A DNA stretch of 64,000 nt from the NCBI GenBank assembly GCA_973895155.1, contig OZ316894.1:7092234-7156233 (forward strand), in the 5' to 3' direction. The notes beneath the pieces are model-generated. The model saw only the letters and a program-made list of their open reading frames with translations, ran no database searches and was not told the origin of the DNA. The translations under genes and the position numbers were made by a program. Below are positions 63,387 to 64,000 of this stretch, piece after piece; positions within the stretch are counted from its first letter, which is position 1, and the number at the start of each line of letters is the position of its first letter. This DNA is from Marsupella aquatica. Taxonomy: Eukaryota > Plantae > Marchantiophyta.

Positions 63387-64000
63387 AACCTGGGGCTCTT
63401 ACTACAAACATGAATAGAGAATATGTTGTAAATGTGAGTTTATAATACCTTCTTTTGCCTCCTATGCTTTTAAATATTTATCTTGTTTATGTCAAAATTA
63501 TCTATTTTGGATTGCATGTGGCCCCATAGAATCAAGGTCTAGGGTAAGCGGGGGGTAAGTTCCCTCTTGAACTGTCTGGCTTTGTCTCTCCTCTTGGACC
63601 CTACACTGATTTGCCTTGCACCCAGGCCAGCTCACAAGTCTCACCCAAGCCTCACTGTGGTGGGCGAAAGGGAGAGGGGTTGCAAACATGAGGGGTTAGG
63701 CACTACAAGCATAGAGAATTATCTTCTAGTAATCCTTCTGTCACCATATCTGCCGACAACTCATTCATCCTGGCTTACTGAAGTTGTACCCTGTATTAGA
63801 GTTGTACATAAATGGGAAGGATGATAGACTTGGTTACCACTCCGACCACACCACTTTGATCATAGGCTAGAATTGAGTAACCAGACAATCTGCCCAGAAG
63901 TTGCTTAACCCAAAAAATACTAGGTGAGTTATTTCATTTTCTCCCTCTAGACTAAGTTGGCCTCTCCTCCTCCAGAGCTAAGTTTGTCCTCTTCCAAACT

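Overview
Eukaryotic land-plant nuclear DNA; the gene style suggests a bryophyte or liverwort, but that is inference only. The left two-thirds is gene-rich, with eight protein genes and one tRNA gene: a divergent DNL zinc-finger (Zim17/Hep1-like) gene, DEG10 protease, a putative Claspin/Mrc1-like gene, a tRNA-Gly(TCC) with an atypical A1:U72 acceptor stem, a TraB-domain gene, a CHCH mitoribosomal mS37-like gene, LHCB6 (CP24), PsaD and a GRF/CCHC zinc-finger gene. These are interspersed with Helitron-like ends, MITE-like foldbacks and small duplications. The right third is a three-level transposon nest. A degenerate Ty1/copia element (43794-63386, TSD AACCT) has its gag split by a 12.7-kb non-autonomous CACTA element (48293-61040, TSD TTC). 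The CACTA carries a ~578-bp tandem array, which is itself interrupted by a 693-bp TIR element with an 8-bp TSD. The window opens with the 3' end and LTR of a related copia. Exon boundaries were read by eye, and family assignments rest on remembered motifs, not database searches.
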